Assembly (NCBI RefSeq): GCF_963921235.1
Contig: NC_086108.1
Location: 110,114,001 to 110,178,000 of the forward strand
Direction: 5' to 3'
Length of the DNA: 64,000 nucleotides
DNA from: Mobula hypostoma
Taxonomy: Eukaryota
Part shown: in pieces, positions 61,811-64,000 of the stretch
Position numbering within the stretch: the stretch's first letter is position 1
How the letters are laid out: each line of letters starts with the position of its first letter
The notes under the pieces: generated by a model
What the model was told of the DNA's origin: nothing
The model's database searches: none
Seen by the model: only the letters and a program-made list of their open reading frames with translations
Made by a program: the position numbers and the translations under genes

Positions 61811-64000
61811 TTCTGGGAAAAGACCAGAAATAATCTGCATGTCCACTTTTCTGCAGAGGTTTCCAGGCCCCTTTTGCATGATTTGCCAAAAACGCTATTT
61901 AGCCTCTAAGGCAGTCTGTTCCCTTTTCCTGTGGTTTTTTCCACTAATCTGACTTTGCTCAAGGCTTTTGAGTTCTTTACTTTTTACCTGTGCTGTGCAC
62001 CACTGGAATTATATTTTATTAATTTACAATATTTTGTATGTGCTCTGTGTGATATGTATTGTGAGTGCAGAAGAACATTTTCATTTAGTTGTATTTATGT
62101 CAGATGACAATAAACTTGAACTTCTAAGTTGCCAGAAAAAGCTGAAAGATCGTTGTCCATCTTTTAAACCCTGTCCGTTCATTGGTCCCTTGTTGTGTTT
62201 TTTCTTTTTTCCATCCCTTTGTCAACTTGGCCTAGAGTTACTTGTACTTTGACTTTCTAGTTAATTTTTGCCCCATATTGCAAAACTTTTTTAGAGTTAA
62301 TCTCATCACTGACCCCAGCCCCGTTACTGTATAATTTAGGCTCTTTCATAACCCTGTTTCTTGGAAACACTCAAAGATATTTTTGGACTGTTGAATGTTT
62401 AGTTTTCCATCTTTTACTGGAATTCTTCTTAAAATAAAATTTTCATTTCATGCATATTTTTCTCATTAGGTTATGCACAACTTCAGCCCATCACCCCCTA
62501 CTGTGGCACAGTAGCTCGCCAGAGTTCTCTGTCCAGGGCTGGTCTTTTGGATTGTCTTCAGGTCTAATATATCTTGGTGCATCCTTCCTCTCCCAGGAAT
62601 GAGGTCTTTGGAGCATCTGTTTGTGTTCCTGTAGCGCAGAGTTTTTGACAGGATGGTGTTGCTAGTCCAGTTTGGAACTGTCCATTGTGGTATTTCCATG
62701 TGGAATTGCATGCACTTACTCTGTTGAAAATGATTTTGTGTCACAGATCAGTACCAAACCTTTATGAAAATTTTATTCCACTGCTGTTAATCTGCTGTAA
62801 TATTCTGTAAATTATTGGTGCGCATATAGCTCTGAAATTATTGTAAATGGTAGAGAGGTTGCACATTGATTTTGGAAAAGGAGTTTAAAAAATGGTACCC
62901 TGGTGGCATTGGGTTGCAAGTGAGCTAATCAGTTACTGTTTATAAGGAGGACCTAAAAGGAACCAAATCATCCTAATGTGGGACTTGGAAACTGGGAATC
63001 AGTGTTGATAACATGCACCAATTTTAGAGTTAAGCATACATAATCATATGCACCTTGATCTTGTGCTAATCTTCCAATCTATATGTGAACTTTATTCTCA
63101 GAACCCTATTGTGAGCACTCTAATTCCATACATAGTTTAAAAAAAAAGTTATATTCCTCTTTTGTGCCATGTTTTATTCTAGTCGTGTTCACTGGATTAG
63201 CTGCTAGACAGTTCTACTAATAGCACAGGAAGATGTGCTGAAAAAAACAGCTTGAGATAGAAAAAATAATCTGCTTCAGTTCATGCAAATTTGGCTGTTG
63301 AAAATCCCAAATAATTTAGCTGGTGGTACAACCAATGCTAGTTTAGATGTAGGGTTTTGACTTGAAACATTGACTGTCGATCACCCTCAGTATATGCTCC
63401 AGTTTGTGTGTTGCTCCAGATTCCAGTACTCTCTTGTCTCCATAAAATAGTAACCACTTTTGTTGTTCTTTGCTCTCAACAACAATGAAGTTTTTGATGT
63501 TTCGTCTCCTTTGCAAATTGTTAGAGTACTGGTGAGAGAAGGAAATTGCTTTGGGATTGCAGGTGAAAGTGTTACAATGTGATCACAATAATTCCAAGTG
63601 TATAAAGATTTCTTAATCCGTTACTAGTTTTGCCACGGTGAAGGAAGCAGGGGTTTACATTAAAGGGGAACAGTTATTACTCATCAACCATCAGGTCCTT
63701 GACTCAGAGGATATAACTTCACTTGCCCCATCATTGAATTGCTCCCACAACCTATCAACTCACTTCCATGGTCTTTTCATCTCCTCTATTTATTATTATT
63801 ATTACTTTTTCTCTTTGCACTTGCATAGCCTTTAATCATTTGTTGTTTCTCTGTATGGTGTGGTCTTTAATTGATCCTGTTGTTTCTTTCTTTTTACTGT
63901 ATATGCCTGCAAGAAAATGAATCTCATATGTACTTCGGTAATTTATTTTGAACTTTTTAATCAGTAGTGAACATTGGAGTTTATTGTCAAGCAGGCATGG

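Overview
Vertebrate genomic DNA, inferred to be from a cartilaginous fish (probably a ray) on the basis of its repeat content: CR1, Rex1/Babar, L1, RTE, Penelope and V-domain SINEs. About 58 kb is a dense, nested transposon graveyard. It holds Tc1, Harbinger-like, mariner-like, Tigger/pogo and hAT DNA elements, three L1-clade LINEs, many CR1 and Rex1 fragments, Gypsy remnants, solo LTRs and Penelope fragments carrying minimal hammerhead ribozymes. The only clear host gene is the CpG-island promoter and first coding exon (MGNAATAKKGNEIES, 59220-59265) of a PKA catalytic subunit, most likely PRKACB; its intron 1 runs past the window end. The most striking observation is a short Gypsy LTR element (about 12061-14176) whose RT/RNaseH/integrase core is replaced, in frame, by captured host coding sequence: a RABEP1 (rabaptin-5) coiled-coil segment with a SH3KBP1/CIN85-like C-terminal coiled coil nested inside it. 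Homologies were recognised by eye from memory, not by database search. Boundaries of degraded repeats are approximate.
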